A DNA stretch of 64,000 bases from Callorhinchus milii (taxonomy: Eukaryota), in assembly GCF_018977255.1 (NCBI RefSeq), contig NW_024704742.1, positions 66,156,001 to 66,220,000 of the forward strand, in the 5' to 3' direction. Below the pieces are notes generated by a model. It searched no databases. It was not told the DNA's origin and worked only from the letters and a program-made list of their open reading frames with translations. The position numbers and the translations under genes are program-made. Below, piece by piece: positions 11,324 to 22,762 of this stretch (positions within the stretch are counted from its first letter, which is position 1; every line of letters starts with the position of its first letter).

Positions 11324-11701
11324 GGAGTCCTAGAATGTATTGGTTAGTGCGTTCTCCTCACAAGCGAAAGGACTCGGGCTCAATTCCTGGGCAGGGCAAA
11401 ACCTTTGATAAGTTTCCTAACTTCACAAACCTCTATTTACCTAGCAGTAAGTAGGAACCCAGTTATTAGTCAATTGACAGATCACTTTCCAGAGGTAATA
11501 ATCCCTTTTAAAAATTATAATAATAATTTGGTTATTCAATCCTTGACTGTTTGTGGGACACTGCTGTGCGTAATTGGCTGCCGTGTTTCACCCACAAAAT
11601 ACACAGTCGCTCCACTTTACAGTATATTCTGTGAAGCACTTTGAGACATCTCGATGACATGATAAAGCACTATATCAAATGTAAGGATTATTATTATTAT
11701 A
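11324..11701 (+). mobile_element. SINE family A, full length
   Basis: GGAGTCCTAG head to (ATT)n. Confidence 0.92.
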
Positions 11702-12215
11702 GCAGTGACCCACAAACAACCATGACGTGAACAACTAATTTTATTTGGAGGATTGCTGGCAGGTCACGAGGAGTAACTCCCTTCTCTTTATGAATCGTGA
11801 AGGAGATCTTTCAATCCACAAGGACCTTAGTTAACTTCTCATCTGAAGGACAGCACCTCTAATAATGCAGCAATCCTCCCCCCAACACTGCATTGGAATG
11901 TCAGCCCAGACCAGGGGTCTCCAAACACCGCCCGGTGGTGTCTCGCATATTCTCAATAAAAACAAGAGGCAGGAGCGATATTTACCACAGTTTTAACATG
12001 AAAGTTTATATTTTCATTTCAAGATGCATGAAATACTTTGTTTTTAATTTGACTTAACGATGCAGTTGTATCGCTCCTTCCTCTTCTCTTTTTGATCATG
12101 CCTGACATCTCCACCTAGTGGTGATCAACGGTTGGCCTAGACCTGATGAGGGGCTTGAACCCACAACCTTCTGATTCAGAGGTGAGATTGTTACCAGTGG
12201 AGCCAGGCTGATACA
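11702..12215 (-). mobile_element. SINE family B interrupted by a hAT MITE
   Basis: Family-B sequence runs up to 11911 and resumes at 12135. Confidence 0.85.
11912..12134. mobile_element. Non-autonomous hAT (Charlie-like) DNA transposon
   Basis: Left TIR CAGGGGTCTCCAAAC; 8-bp TSD GCCCAGAC/GCCTAGAC; internal inverted repeat; right TIR eroded. Confidence 0.7.
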
Positions 12216-13167
12216 TGGTGTTGTCGGCCCGTTGCAATGGCAGTAGTGCCATCCCGCAAAAAGGCATTAACCCAAGGCCGTGGCCTGCTGGCTCAGGTGA
12301 ACATTAAATGTCCTTGGGCATTATTTGAAATGAGAAACAATAACAACGTCATTCGTGCAGGCAGCATCTTTGAGCAGAGAAAGCAGCTTTTGCAGAAAAT
12401 AAATAATCCTTGCATTGATATAGCTCCTTTCACATCAATAGGACACGTCAAAGCCCCTCACTGGACATAATAATAATAATAACCGTTGCATTTGTTATAG
12501 CACCTTATCACGCCGTTGAGATGTCTCAAAGTGCAAGCTATAGACTTGCTGTAGAGTATAGTGACTGTGTATCGTCTGGGCGAATCGGCCACTTGCCACG
12601 TGAATGTTTGTGGGATTGTTGTCTTTGTCTACACAAACACACAGTAATTCCCTGCCAGCCAATTTGAGACGTTTCAACATTACAGGCACTGCATCAAATG
12701 CAAGGATTATTCTTCTTATTATTAACATCAAAGTGTACGTGCTGCCAAGCAGGGTTGGCACCCATGAGTGAGTTTACTGGCAGTTTGTGAAAAGAACCTG
12801 GGGATATTTTTCCCACAAGAAACTTTCTGTACCTTAGTAAACATAATGAGCGAGAGGGAAATAGCTCATGTGGAGTATAAACACCAGCCTGGACTGGTTG
12901 GGTCATATGGTTTATTTCCGTGCTGTATCACTCTGAGGAACTCTATCTAACTCTATGTGGCGATGTTGCTGGGATCCCATTCCCACAACACTCCATGTTC
13001 ACCTGAGCCATTTTCCCATTGTTTCGCCTTAGATCTCGGAAATAATATTCTTGGAGAGAGAAAAGGTGACTGAAAGCACAGTCAAAAAGGTAGGTCTTGA
13101 GACAGTGTATCCTGTAAAGCTTCTTTAGATATCCGCTGACATGATAGCCGCTATACCAAATATAAGA

Positions 13168-13551
13168 ATTATTATTATTATGCACTGTAAAGTGCAGTGA
13201 ATGTGTATTTGTAGGCAAACATGGCAGCCAATTTTGCAAACATCAATGCTCAACAAACAGCCATGAAGTCAATTTTATCTGGGTATTGTTGGCCAGGACA
13301 CCAGGAGAAACTCCCTTCTCATTTTAAATAGTGCCACGGGAACTTTAACATCCACCTGGACAGGCAGACAGGACCTTGGTTTAAGGTTCCATCCAAAGGA
13401 GGATGGCACCTCCAACAATGTAGCTCACCCTCAATACTGGGTTGAAGTGTCAACCTAGACAACATGAGTTCAAAGACCTGATCCAGGGCTTGAATCCACA
13501 ACCTTGTCACTCAGAAAGGAGAGAGCGCTACCAACTGAGCTAGGCTGACAC
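13168..13551 (-). mobile_element. SINE family B, near full length
   Basis: Reverse-complement head CCAACTGAGCTAGGCTGACAC and core. Confidence 0.88.
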
Positions 13552-13956
13552 AAAATAACACTGCACAAGAGTGTATTTTTTTAAGTAAGAGAGCTTCAGA
13601 ACATTTTACATTCGCAAACTACTTGCAAAGACTTAAAATTCCTGCACAAAATGGTGGGGAAACATCAATAAACAAAATTAGGCAAAACATGTGCCAGAGT
13701 AAATCTAACAGAATTTATATTGCACTCTCGTCACCCATTAAAGGAGACCTCTGGAAGATTTTTAAATGCACACGCCAGTCCTTTTCACTCCTCTTTTCCA
13801 AGATTTATAAAGTACAGCCAGGATTCTATGTACTTAAATATCAGGAATGTTGTTTGCGTTCTAGACTCCATCTTAACAACTACTGAAGCCTTACACTTTC
13901 ATCTCTTAAAGGGACCATGCCATCATTTGTTTTTCTAAAACAGCAAGAAGACTGAA

Positions 13957-14242
13957 CTTCGGATGAGACGTTAAACCAAGGTCCCATCTGCCTGTTCAGA
14001 TGGATGTTAAAAATCCCATGGCACTATATGAATAGAGAAAGGAGTTTCTCTCACCCGGTGTCCGGGCCAACAATCCCCCCAAAATAAAATTGGTCACTCA
14101 CTCCATGGCTGTTTGTGGGGCATTGCTGCGAGCAACTGGATGCCACGTTTCACCTTCAAAATACATAGTGAATCCACTTTACAGTATTTCCTGTGAAGTG
14201 CTGTAAGACGTTTCAACAATCCGATAAGGCGCTATATACAAT
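13957..14242 (+). mobile_element. SINE family B, core and tail
   Basis: GGATGAGACGTTAAACCAAGGTCCCATCTGCCTGTTCAG core. Confidence 0.85.
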
Positions 14243-15771
14243 ACAATATTACATTCGTATAGCGTTTTTCATGTCGGGAGGACATCCCAACGTGCTGGAC
14301 ATTTAGGAATTTGGACCCGAGCTAGGAATTGGGATCGGAGAGGGTGGAGGGCAGAGAGGGCGGCCAAAGTTCGGTCGAAGAGGAGGGTTTTGAGAAAGGG
14401 AGCGAGCCAAAGGGACTGTGGGATGGAGTTCCATAGAATGGAGGCAGAGAGGCTGAAGGCCCAACTGCCGATAGTGGAGAGGGCTGGATGGGGGGACATG
14501 AAGCCCTGAGCAGATGGAGCGGACAGGTTGCTATGGGGTCAACAGGTTGCAGAGGTAGAAAGGAGCAAGACCGTGGAGGGCCTTGAAGGTGAGGACAAGG
14601 ATTTTTAACTATCCTCTGGGGATGGGGAGCCAGTGGAGCCGGGCGAGAGTGGGTGTGATGGGGTCACGGAGCCAGGTGTGGGAGAGGATGCGAGCTGCAG
14701 AGTTCTGGATGATCAGTAGCTTGTGGAGGGAAGAGTTCGAAAAGGCTGACAAGCAATGAGTTGGTGTAGTCGAGCCTAGATATAATGACTGCGTGGATGA
14801 GGGTTTCGGAGGCCTGAGGCAGTGGCGAAGCCGGCCAATGTTGCGGAGGTGGGGAAAGACAGAGAAGGTCATAGCACGGTTGTGGGGTAGAAAGAATAGT
14901 TGAAGGTCAAACAAGACCCCAAGGTTCCGGACTAGCTCAGTGTGGTGGAGTGTGCAACCATGGACGGTGATGCTGTCAGTGCCTGAGGTGAGGAGGCCCT
15001 GATGGGAGCCAATCAGGAGAGCCTCAGTCTTGTTAATGTTCAGCTGTAGAAAGTTCGCTTTCATCCAGGACTTGATGTCTGACAGACATTCTGTCAGGAC
15101 AGCAGTGGTCCGAGGGTTGAGGGTGGAGGTAGAGAGACAAGAGTTGGGTGTCATCCACATACATGTGGAAGTTGACCCCATGTCTATGGATGATGTCATC
15201 AAGAGGAAGCATATGGAAGAGGGGACCAAGGATAGAGCCTTGAGGAACACCGTATGAGACAGTGGGGGGACTAGAGGAGAAGCTGTTTGTGGAGATGAAG
15301 TGGAGACGGTGGGAGAGGTACAATCAGTCAAGGACAGAACCATAAAAGTTGAGATAAGAGGAGAAGCGGTAGAGGAGGATAGAGTGGTCAAGATAGAGTA
15401 CACTAGGGGTCATAGTCTCAAGATTAAGGGTCAGCCTTTTCAAACTGAGTTGAGGAAACATTTCTTCACTCAGAGGGTAGTGAATTTCTGTAATTCTCTA
15501 CCCCAGAAGGCTGTGGGTGCTCAGTTCTTGAACATATTCAAGACTGAGGTTGATAGATTTCTAAAGGATAGGAGGATTAAGAGATATGGGGATAGGGTGG
15601 GTAAATGGAATTAGGTTAGAAGATCAGCCATGACCTTATTAAATGGAGAGGCAGGCTCGAGGGGCCGAATGGCCTACTCCTGCTCCTACGTCTTATGGTC
15701 TTATGATCAATAGTATCGAAGGCAGCAGAGAGGTCAAGGAGGACGAGGAGACAGAAGGAGCCCTGGTCACA
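14243..15771 (-). pseudogene. 5'-truncated L2 LINE with frameshifted RT/ORF2 C-terminus and 3' UTR
   Basis: LLVLLDLSAAFDTID, GVPQGSILGP, FHMYVDDTQL, IKSWMKANFLQLNINKTE, VRNLGVLFD, IQNSAARIL..DPITPTLARLHWLP in shifting frames. Confidence 0.93.
15400..15705 (+). mobile_element. CR1 LINE 3' end inserted in the L2
   Basis: TRGHSLKI..RKHFFTQRVVNFCNSLP; tail GGCCGAATGGCCTACTCCTGCTCCT..TCTTATG. Confidence 0.92.
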
Positions 15772-15826
15772 TCTTTATATCAAATGTAACGATTATTATT
15801 CTCATTATTATTATTAAGAGACTCCT

Positions 15827-15925
15827 GGGCCTGAAATTCGCCTTAGACTTGACCTTAAGGATCAGAAATTTAAGATTGTGCAGAATTTTGAAAAATTCTT
15901 AAATTCAGTCTTAATTTGGAAGTTT
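15827..15925. repeat. MITE-like family Y terminus
   Basis: GGGCCTGAAATTCGCCTTAG..AAATTCTTAAATTCAGTCTTAATTTGGAAG; rc copies at 7218 and 10848. Confidence 0.65.
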
Positions 15926-15928
15926 TAT

Positions 15929-16323
15929 TAATAATAATAATTCTTGTATTTGATATAGCATCTTTTATATCTCAAAGCGCTTCAAAGGATTTACTGTAGA
16001 GCTAGTAACTATGTATTTTGTAGGTAATCAAGACAATCAATCACACACAGCAATGTCCCCCAAATAGCCATGAAGTGTACGATCAGTTTTATTTGGGGGA
16101 TTTTTGGCCAGGACACCGGGAGAAAGTCATTTTTGGGTAGGGATCTTTAATGTCCATCTGAACAGATGGGCCCTCAATTTAACGTCTCATCGAAAGGCAC
16201 TACTGATGATGCAGAGCTAGACAATCAGCCTAGCCCATGTAAGATCAAATTTCCAACGTGGCAACTTGAACCCACCGCCTTCTGGCTCAGAGGCAAGAAT
16301 TCTACCAACTGAGCAAGGCTGAC
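15929..16323 (-). mobile_element. SINE family B
   Basis: Reverse-complement tail, core and head. Confidence 0.88.
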
Positions 16324-17338
16324 CCTAACCCTAACCCTGTTCTCTTAAGCCCTGCAGAAATAGGGAGGGGACAGGGAGCCAATGGAGCCTGGCAAGAATG
16401 GGGGTGATGGACTTGCAGAGCCTTGTGTGTGATAGGGAATGTGGGCTAACCCAGAGCTTGTGAAGGCTGGAGCTGGGAAGGCAATGCAGGAGCCAAGTCT
16501 GGGGTTGACAAAGGCGTGGATAGGGGTTTTGGCTGCGTTGAGTGTGAGGTGAAAACAAGATGCATGTTAAAGCAAGTCAACACTTTACAGTGAATCCTGT
16601 GAAGCGCTTTGAGACATTTTGAATCAAATGCAATAAAAGGATTATTATTGTTACTACTAACAATAAAGTGCTAGTTTTTTTTATTCTTTAATAACATCTA
16701 TGGCGTTGGAAAGATTTATCCAGTAGGAAGTAAATCTTTTACGACATAGAGAATGAAATAACAATCATAAGATCTAAAGCGAGTTGAAACTTTCTTCCAA
16801 TAGTATTGTGCAATCATCTCGTGCTGGGCCATGGTTCACACAGGGGTTTGAATTGAAGCCAACTGACTCACATTATTCATTCCTATGCAAGAAATTGGGA
16901 ATGGCATTCCTGCCGCCAACATGGTTTAGGTCCTTGGTTAGAAATTGTTAGCCTGCTTGATTGTCTGTCTCATTGTAAATACCTTGCATTGTTTTGTATC
17001 TAAACATTAGGCATTTTCACACCAATCTTTTACCTTCCTACTTTACTTCCCTTCTCCTGGTAGCCTTCTTGCCTCCAAATCAGAAGATCGTGGACTCATT
17101 GAGACTTTGATCTCATATTCTAGGCCAATGCTCCAGTGCAGTGTTGGGAGGAGTAAATCGTGTGAAGCACTTGGAGTTGTCTCGACAACCTATACCAAAG
17201 ACAAGATTATTATTATTATAAATTCGAATGTGGGGTGCATAAACCTTTTGAACCCAGAGACAAGAGCACTACCAATTGAGCCAAACTGGCATCTTGTTTG
17301 TTTGCAATTTGAAAAAAATGACCAAAGTAAAGATTTGT

Positions 17339-17710
17339 GTAGTTCTGTAGCATATTGGTTAGAGCACTTATCTCGCAAGCATGAGCACCTGGGCTTGATT
17401 CCCGGCAGGGCGAAACATTAGGCAGGTTTCCTTATTCCACATGCCTCTGTTTACCTAGCAATAAGTAGGAACCCAGTTGTTAGTTGATTGACAGATAACT
17501 TTTCTGGGGGTAATAATCGCTTCAAAAAAAATTAATAATTTGGTTACTCATTCATTACTGTTTGTGGGACACTGCTGTGCATAATTAGCTGCTGCATTTC
17601 ACCAACAAAGTATAGTCAATTTACTTTACAGTGTATTCTGTGAAGCAGTTTGAGACGTCTCGAAGATGTGATAAGGCGCTATACCAAGTGCAAGGATTAT
17701 TATTATTATT
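17339..17710 (+). mobile_element. SINE family A, full length
   Basis: TGTAGCATATTGGTTAGAGCAC head to (ATT)n. Confidence 0.9.
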
Positions 17711-18029
17711 GTGCCTTACTTCTGCTACTTTTCCATGCAGTGGTCAGAAATTTTCCCTCAACCAATAAATTGTGGCATTGGCTGCAATCCTGTCAAAGCA
17801 GCTCCACTGAACAAATTGCCTCTTAAACCTGGATGGTAACTTTTATGCAAAATCTAAGGATTGCTCTTCCTGTTTTATTACCTTTCCCGGGAGGGTTGCT
17901 TCATTCCTCATTTTTTAACAAGAAATAATGCAAGAATCATCACATCAAAGCAATATGAGCCAGCAATAAACAAGGCAAATGGGATATTGCCAAATCAGTT
18001 GAGGTCAGATCTCCAGAAGACATTTACAA

Positions 18030-18431
18030 AGAATAGAAAGCACGGAGACAGGCCACTTGGCCCAACTAGTCTATGGCGGTGTTTGTATTCCTTACTCCCT
18101 CCCATTCCCTTCTCTTCCTCTATCCCTCATGTGAAGGTCTAGCTTCCTTTTGAATGCATCTACACTGTCTGATTTAACCACCATTTCAGGCAGCGAGTTC
18201 CACAATTTCACTCCCCTTTCCGTGAAATAGTTCCTTCAAATTCTTATAGTAGTGTTCCTTGGTTATGGACTCCCCAACCAATGGAAACGGCCTATTTATG
18301 CTAACCTTATCAAATCCTTTTATAATTGTAATCACTTCTATTAGGCCCCACTTAAATGTTTTTCTCTAGTGAAATGTTTTTCTTATAGTGTGAAGACCAG
18401 AATTGGACACAATATTCAAATGTGGTCTAAT
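18030..18431 (-). mobile_element. Old CR1 LINE 3' fragment
   Basis: rc tail GGCCACTTGGCCC; GAGTTCCACAATTTCACT; ACCAGAATTGGACACAATATTCAAATGTGGTCTAA (rc of the RPHLEYCVQFW motif). Confidence 0.75.
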
Positions 18432-19346
18432 ATAACATAACATAACGTAACATAACATGTAGGAGCAGGAGTAGGCCATTCAGCCCTTCGAGCCTGTCCC
18501 GCCATTCAGTCATGGCTGATCTTCTAATCTAACTCCAGCTAATAACCTGACCCTGCCTTATCCCCATATCCCTTAATCCCTTTTGCAATAAGAAAGCTAT
18601 CTATCTCAGTCTTGAATATGTTCAAGGACTGAGCATCAACAGCCCTTTGGGGTAGTGAGTTCCATACATTCACCACCCTTTGAGTGAAGAAGTTCTTCCT
18701 CAACTCAGTGCGAAAGGGCTGCCTCTGATTTTAAGGTTGTGACCCCTGGTTTTAGTTCCTCCAACCAGGGGAAACAATCTCCCACTATCTACTCTATCAT
18801 GCCCTTTGATGATCTTATAGGTTTCTATAAGATCCCCTCTAATTCTTCTATATTCTAGAGAATATAGGCCCAAATTGGTCAACCTATCCTCGTAACTCAT
18901 CCCCTTCATCCCTGGTACTAACCTAGTAAATCTACGCTGCACCCCCTCCAAGGCAAGTACATCCTTCCTTAAATAAGGAGACCAAAACTGCACACAGTAA
19001 CCAAGGTTTTGTATGAATTCAAGTTCACTTTTATATTCTATCCCTCTGGGTATCAAGCCCAATATCTCCTTGGCCTTTATCATAGCCTTATCTATCTGTA
19101 TAGCTACTTTTAGAGATTTGTGAATCTCCAGATCTCTTTGCTCCTCCACTCCTCTTAGGTTCCTACCATCTAGACTATACACGGCTTCTTTATTTTTCAT
19201 ATCGAAGTGAATTACTTTGCAATTTTCTACATTAAACTTCATTTGGCATCTATCTGTCCATTCTGCTAGTCTGTTTATATCTTCCTGGATTCTTTTGTCC
19301 TTCACTATAACTCTCCCCCCAAAATTATGATCTGTTTGCAGATGAC
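18432..19346 (-). pseudogene. 5'-truncated CR1 LINE (RT C-terminus and 3' UTR)
   Basis: ORF 18700-19377: IQEDINRLAEW..MKFNVENCKVIH..YCVQFWSPYLRKD..LEGVQRRFTRLVPG..RRIRGDLIETYKI..TRGHNLKI. Confidence 0.95.
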
Positions 19347-19504
19347 AGATGACTGTTTGTGGGACACTGCTGTGCACTCTGAGAAGCTCTATATGAGCAA
19401 CATTTAGATAAGCCAGGGCTTTTCTGCCTTCAAAAGAGGCATCTCAAAGCACATCACACGATATACTGTAAAGTGGATTGACTGTGTATTTTGTGGACAA
19501 AATG

Positions 19505-19700
19505 CGGGCGAAATAATTAACAACTGAAACAGGTTACCAGGAAGGATGGTTGAGATTAGGACACTGGACTAAAAATAGAACGATACTGTGATGGCGGGCA
19601 GGGGAGAGATTCAATAGCACCATGGATTATCAGGGGAGAATGAGATCAAGCGGGCTGAAGGCCCTTCTTCATTTGAACCAATCATGCGATCTTATGATTC
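19505..19700 (+). mobile_element. CR1 LINE 3' end
   Basis: GGGCTGAAGGCCCTTCTTCAT..GATCTTATGA tail. Confidence 0.65.
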
Positions 19701-20254
19701 GATCACGTCAGAATCAAAGGCAAGAATCTTTTGCAATTGCACCCACTACACAGTCTTAGAGGAAAGTCTTCAGGTGTGATCTAACGGTGGACAAAGAGGG
19801 GGTAAGGCAGAAGGATTGAGACAGGGAGTTCCAGAGGATATTGGCTGGAAGCCCGGCTGCCAATGGTGGAGCAGAGGAGTTGAGGGTGGTGCAAAAAGCC
19901 TAAGGGTGAGACACCGTTACCCAAGTGGAAGCTGAAGCTATAGTCTCTGCCAGAGCAACAGAGCCACCTGGAGTCCAGGGACTGGCAATGGAGCAGGATA
20001 AGCAGTTGGAGAGACTGGGTGTTTTCTTCTTGCCACAAGAGTTGCAATGCTTTTAGCAGCATGTTGTGAACTTACAGAGATTGCCAATAGTGCAGAAGGA
20101 AATTCAAAATGTAAGGGTTTGTTTAACCATTGGCTGCTCACACTATACTCTAAATGCATTTTTTGTGCAAATGGATTTAGCCAATTTTCTGTGTAAGCTC
20201 CTGCTGGAAAGAAAGCACTTACATTTTTAGTGCACCTGATCTGATCACGATAAT

Positions 20255-20468
20255 ATAATAATAAAATAATTCTTGCATTAGATAGAGCACCTTATCACGT
20301 TGTTGATATGTCTCAAAGCGTGTCACAGAATATATTGTAAAGTGGAGACTGTATATTTTGTGGGCGAAGCAAGACAGCCAATTGTGCACAGCAGTATCCC
20401 ACAAACAGTCGAGGATTGAGTGACCAACTACTTTTTCTTGGCGGGATTATTAACCTTAGAAAGTGATG
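20255..20468 (-). mobile_element. SINE family A, 3' half
   Basis: Reverse-complement tail and body. Confidence 0.85.
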
Positions 20469-20504
20469 GTTATGTTGCATGAACTCTCAATAGTAACAAG
20501 GTTT

Positions 20505-20800
20505 TGAAATTTAAAGTGAAACTTTCTTTGATTTGCCTCACTTCTTCACTTCCCTCTCTCCCCACCTTTCTGGATAACTTACACCCTACTTCTCTATTCA
20601 TGTCCTTTGCTCAACTGGCTCTAGCCTCCTGCACATCCCTCGTCCTCTCCGCTCCACCATTAGCTGTCGTGGTTTCAGCTATTATGCCCTGAACCTTTGG
20701 AACTCTCTGCCTCAATCCCTCCATATTGCTTCCTCCTTGTTCACCTTCAGATCACATCTGAAGACCTTCCCCTTAGAATGTCCCCACTCTCCCTGGCTTT
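20505..20800 (+). mobile_element. L2 LINE 3' fragment
   Basis: CGCTCCACCATT..TGGAACTCTCTGCCTCAATCCCTCC..CTGAAGACCTTCC. Confidence 0.75.
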
Positions 20801-21074
20801 GCGTCAAACTACACCAGTTAGATGATCTGAGACATCAGTTAAATGATCCGAGAATCCGAGAAGGGAGAAGGGAGAACGTAAGAAGTTTCCAAGTGTTCAC
20901 GCAATCTTAAATTCTGAGACAAAAATTGTCTTACAACTAAGACTGGGAGGATATATTTTAGCCTTGTGTCTCTAACCAGGGAGGTGAAACGTATTGATGT
21001 TTGACCCTGTTGGAAAATGTAAGGGGATGTCTGCTTGCCCCTGGGATTCCTGAATTTTCAAAGTATTCTAGTGT

Positions 21075-21445
21075 AGAGTCCCCTAGCTAGTGGTTAGTGC
21101 GCTCGCCTCACAAACGAGAGGATCGGGGGTCAATTCCCAGGCAGAGCGAAACCTTGGACAAGTTTCCTTACTCCACACGTCTCTGTTTTCCTAGCAGTAA
21201 TTAGAAAGCTGGTTGTTAGTCGATGGTGGATCGCTTTCTGGGGGTAATAATTCCCCCCCCCATATAATAATTTGGTAATTCATTCACGACTGTTTGTGGG
21301 ACACTGCTGTATGCAATTGACTGCCGCGTTTCGACCACAAAATATACAGGTTTACAATATCGTTTTACAATATAGTCTGTGAAGTTCTTTGAGATGTCTC
21401 AATGACATGATAAGGTGCTATATCAAATGCAAGGATTATTATTAT
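21075..21445 (+). mobile_element. SINE family A, full length
   Basis: GAGTCCCCTAGCTAGTGGTTAG head to (ATT)n. Confidence 0.9.
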
Positions 21446-22434
21446 CACAAAGTGGACTTAGATTCACAGACTAGACGGTGAAAGAATCGTCTAGCCAGTG
21501 GTACAAGACCACTGACATTTATGCACATATTGACTGTTAGCATCGTTGCTTGAGTTATCGCTGTAAGAAATGGTTAAAGCTGATTTAACAAAGCAATGTG
21601 TCAGAAGAGAAAGGCATTTCCTGCTCTGTGAAAGAGCCCATGGAATGCATTCCCGCCTGATAGAGCCTAGAAATAGGACTGCGAGTAAAAGGCAATATTA
21701 CACTTTTGCATATTATTGGGTTTGGGGAATCTGTCGGGGCTTGTAGTTGAAACAGATGTGGTTGTTTAATGATAAGTAATTCAAAATGTATTTCTCCAAA
21801 AGAAACACATCTGTCCTTTAGTGGTGGTCCTTAGAAGCCAATTTCATATCAACATGAATTCACGCAGGAACATTATGCAAAAAGTTACACACAAATGTTG
21901 GCATCTGAGGTAGCTACTTACATATAATATTACTTTTTTTTAACTGCTGCTATAAATAGCCTGAGATCTGAAAGTGTCTCATTCAGATATCGGGTTTACT
22001 GTTAATCCTACAAAAAAACCCCAAGGGTTATATTGCTGCCTACAAATACACAGTCATTACCTACGGTGTTTAACTGCAACTCTATGATGATAAAATTGGT
22101 TATTCGCTTCATGGCTGTATGCGGGATATTGCTGTGTGAAAATTAACTGCCATCTTTGCCTACAAATACACAGTCACTACACTTCATACAGTAGAGTTGG
22201 TAGCGGTGATGGACTGGCAGATAGGGCACTGGTTCAACATCTCATCCAAAGTTTGGGGAATTTTCTGATGACCCTGTAGTGAGCTCTGCAATTGGACAGT
22301 GGTGTGGGGGGAGAGGCAGAGGACAAATCACAATCCAGGTTTAGCTATGAATTTCCACAGAATCTATACGATACTTAGCTCCTCCTCCCCTACCCTCTGA
22401 AACTCTCATTCTCTACCGTTTATTTCTAAGCTGA

Positions 22435-22762
22435 TGTTTCGGTACAGTGTTGGGGTTATGCTGCAGTTTTGAAGGATCCGTCCTTCAAATGAAACGTTCA
22501 GATGGATGTTAAAGATCCCATGGGGCTTTTCGAAAAAAAAAGGAAATTTCTCCCGGTGTCCTGGCCAACAAAGCCCCCAAATAAAAGTGATCATTCATTC
22601 CATCACTATTTGTGGGACAATGCTGTGTGCAAATTGGCTGCCGCAATTGCCCACAAAACACACAGTCAATTCACTTTACAATATATTCTGTGAAGCACTT
22701 TGAGACATCCCGACAACGTGATAGGCACAATATCAAACGTAAGGATTCTTATTATTATTACT
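22435..22762 (+). mobile_element. SINE family B, 5'-truncated
   Basis: Core and tail. Confidence 0.85.

Noticed and set aside
13780..13938. Strong-looking splice acceptor at 13802 followed by an open frame
   Set aside because: No matching donor, no recognisable peptide and no upstream exon.
19332..19346. Apparent 5' inversion of CR1 (LFADD on the plus strand)
   Set aside because: The coding sequence ATCTGCAAATTTGCAGAT (ICKFAD) is itself palindromic; a small deletion on the minus strand explains the pattern.
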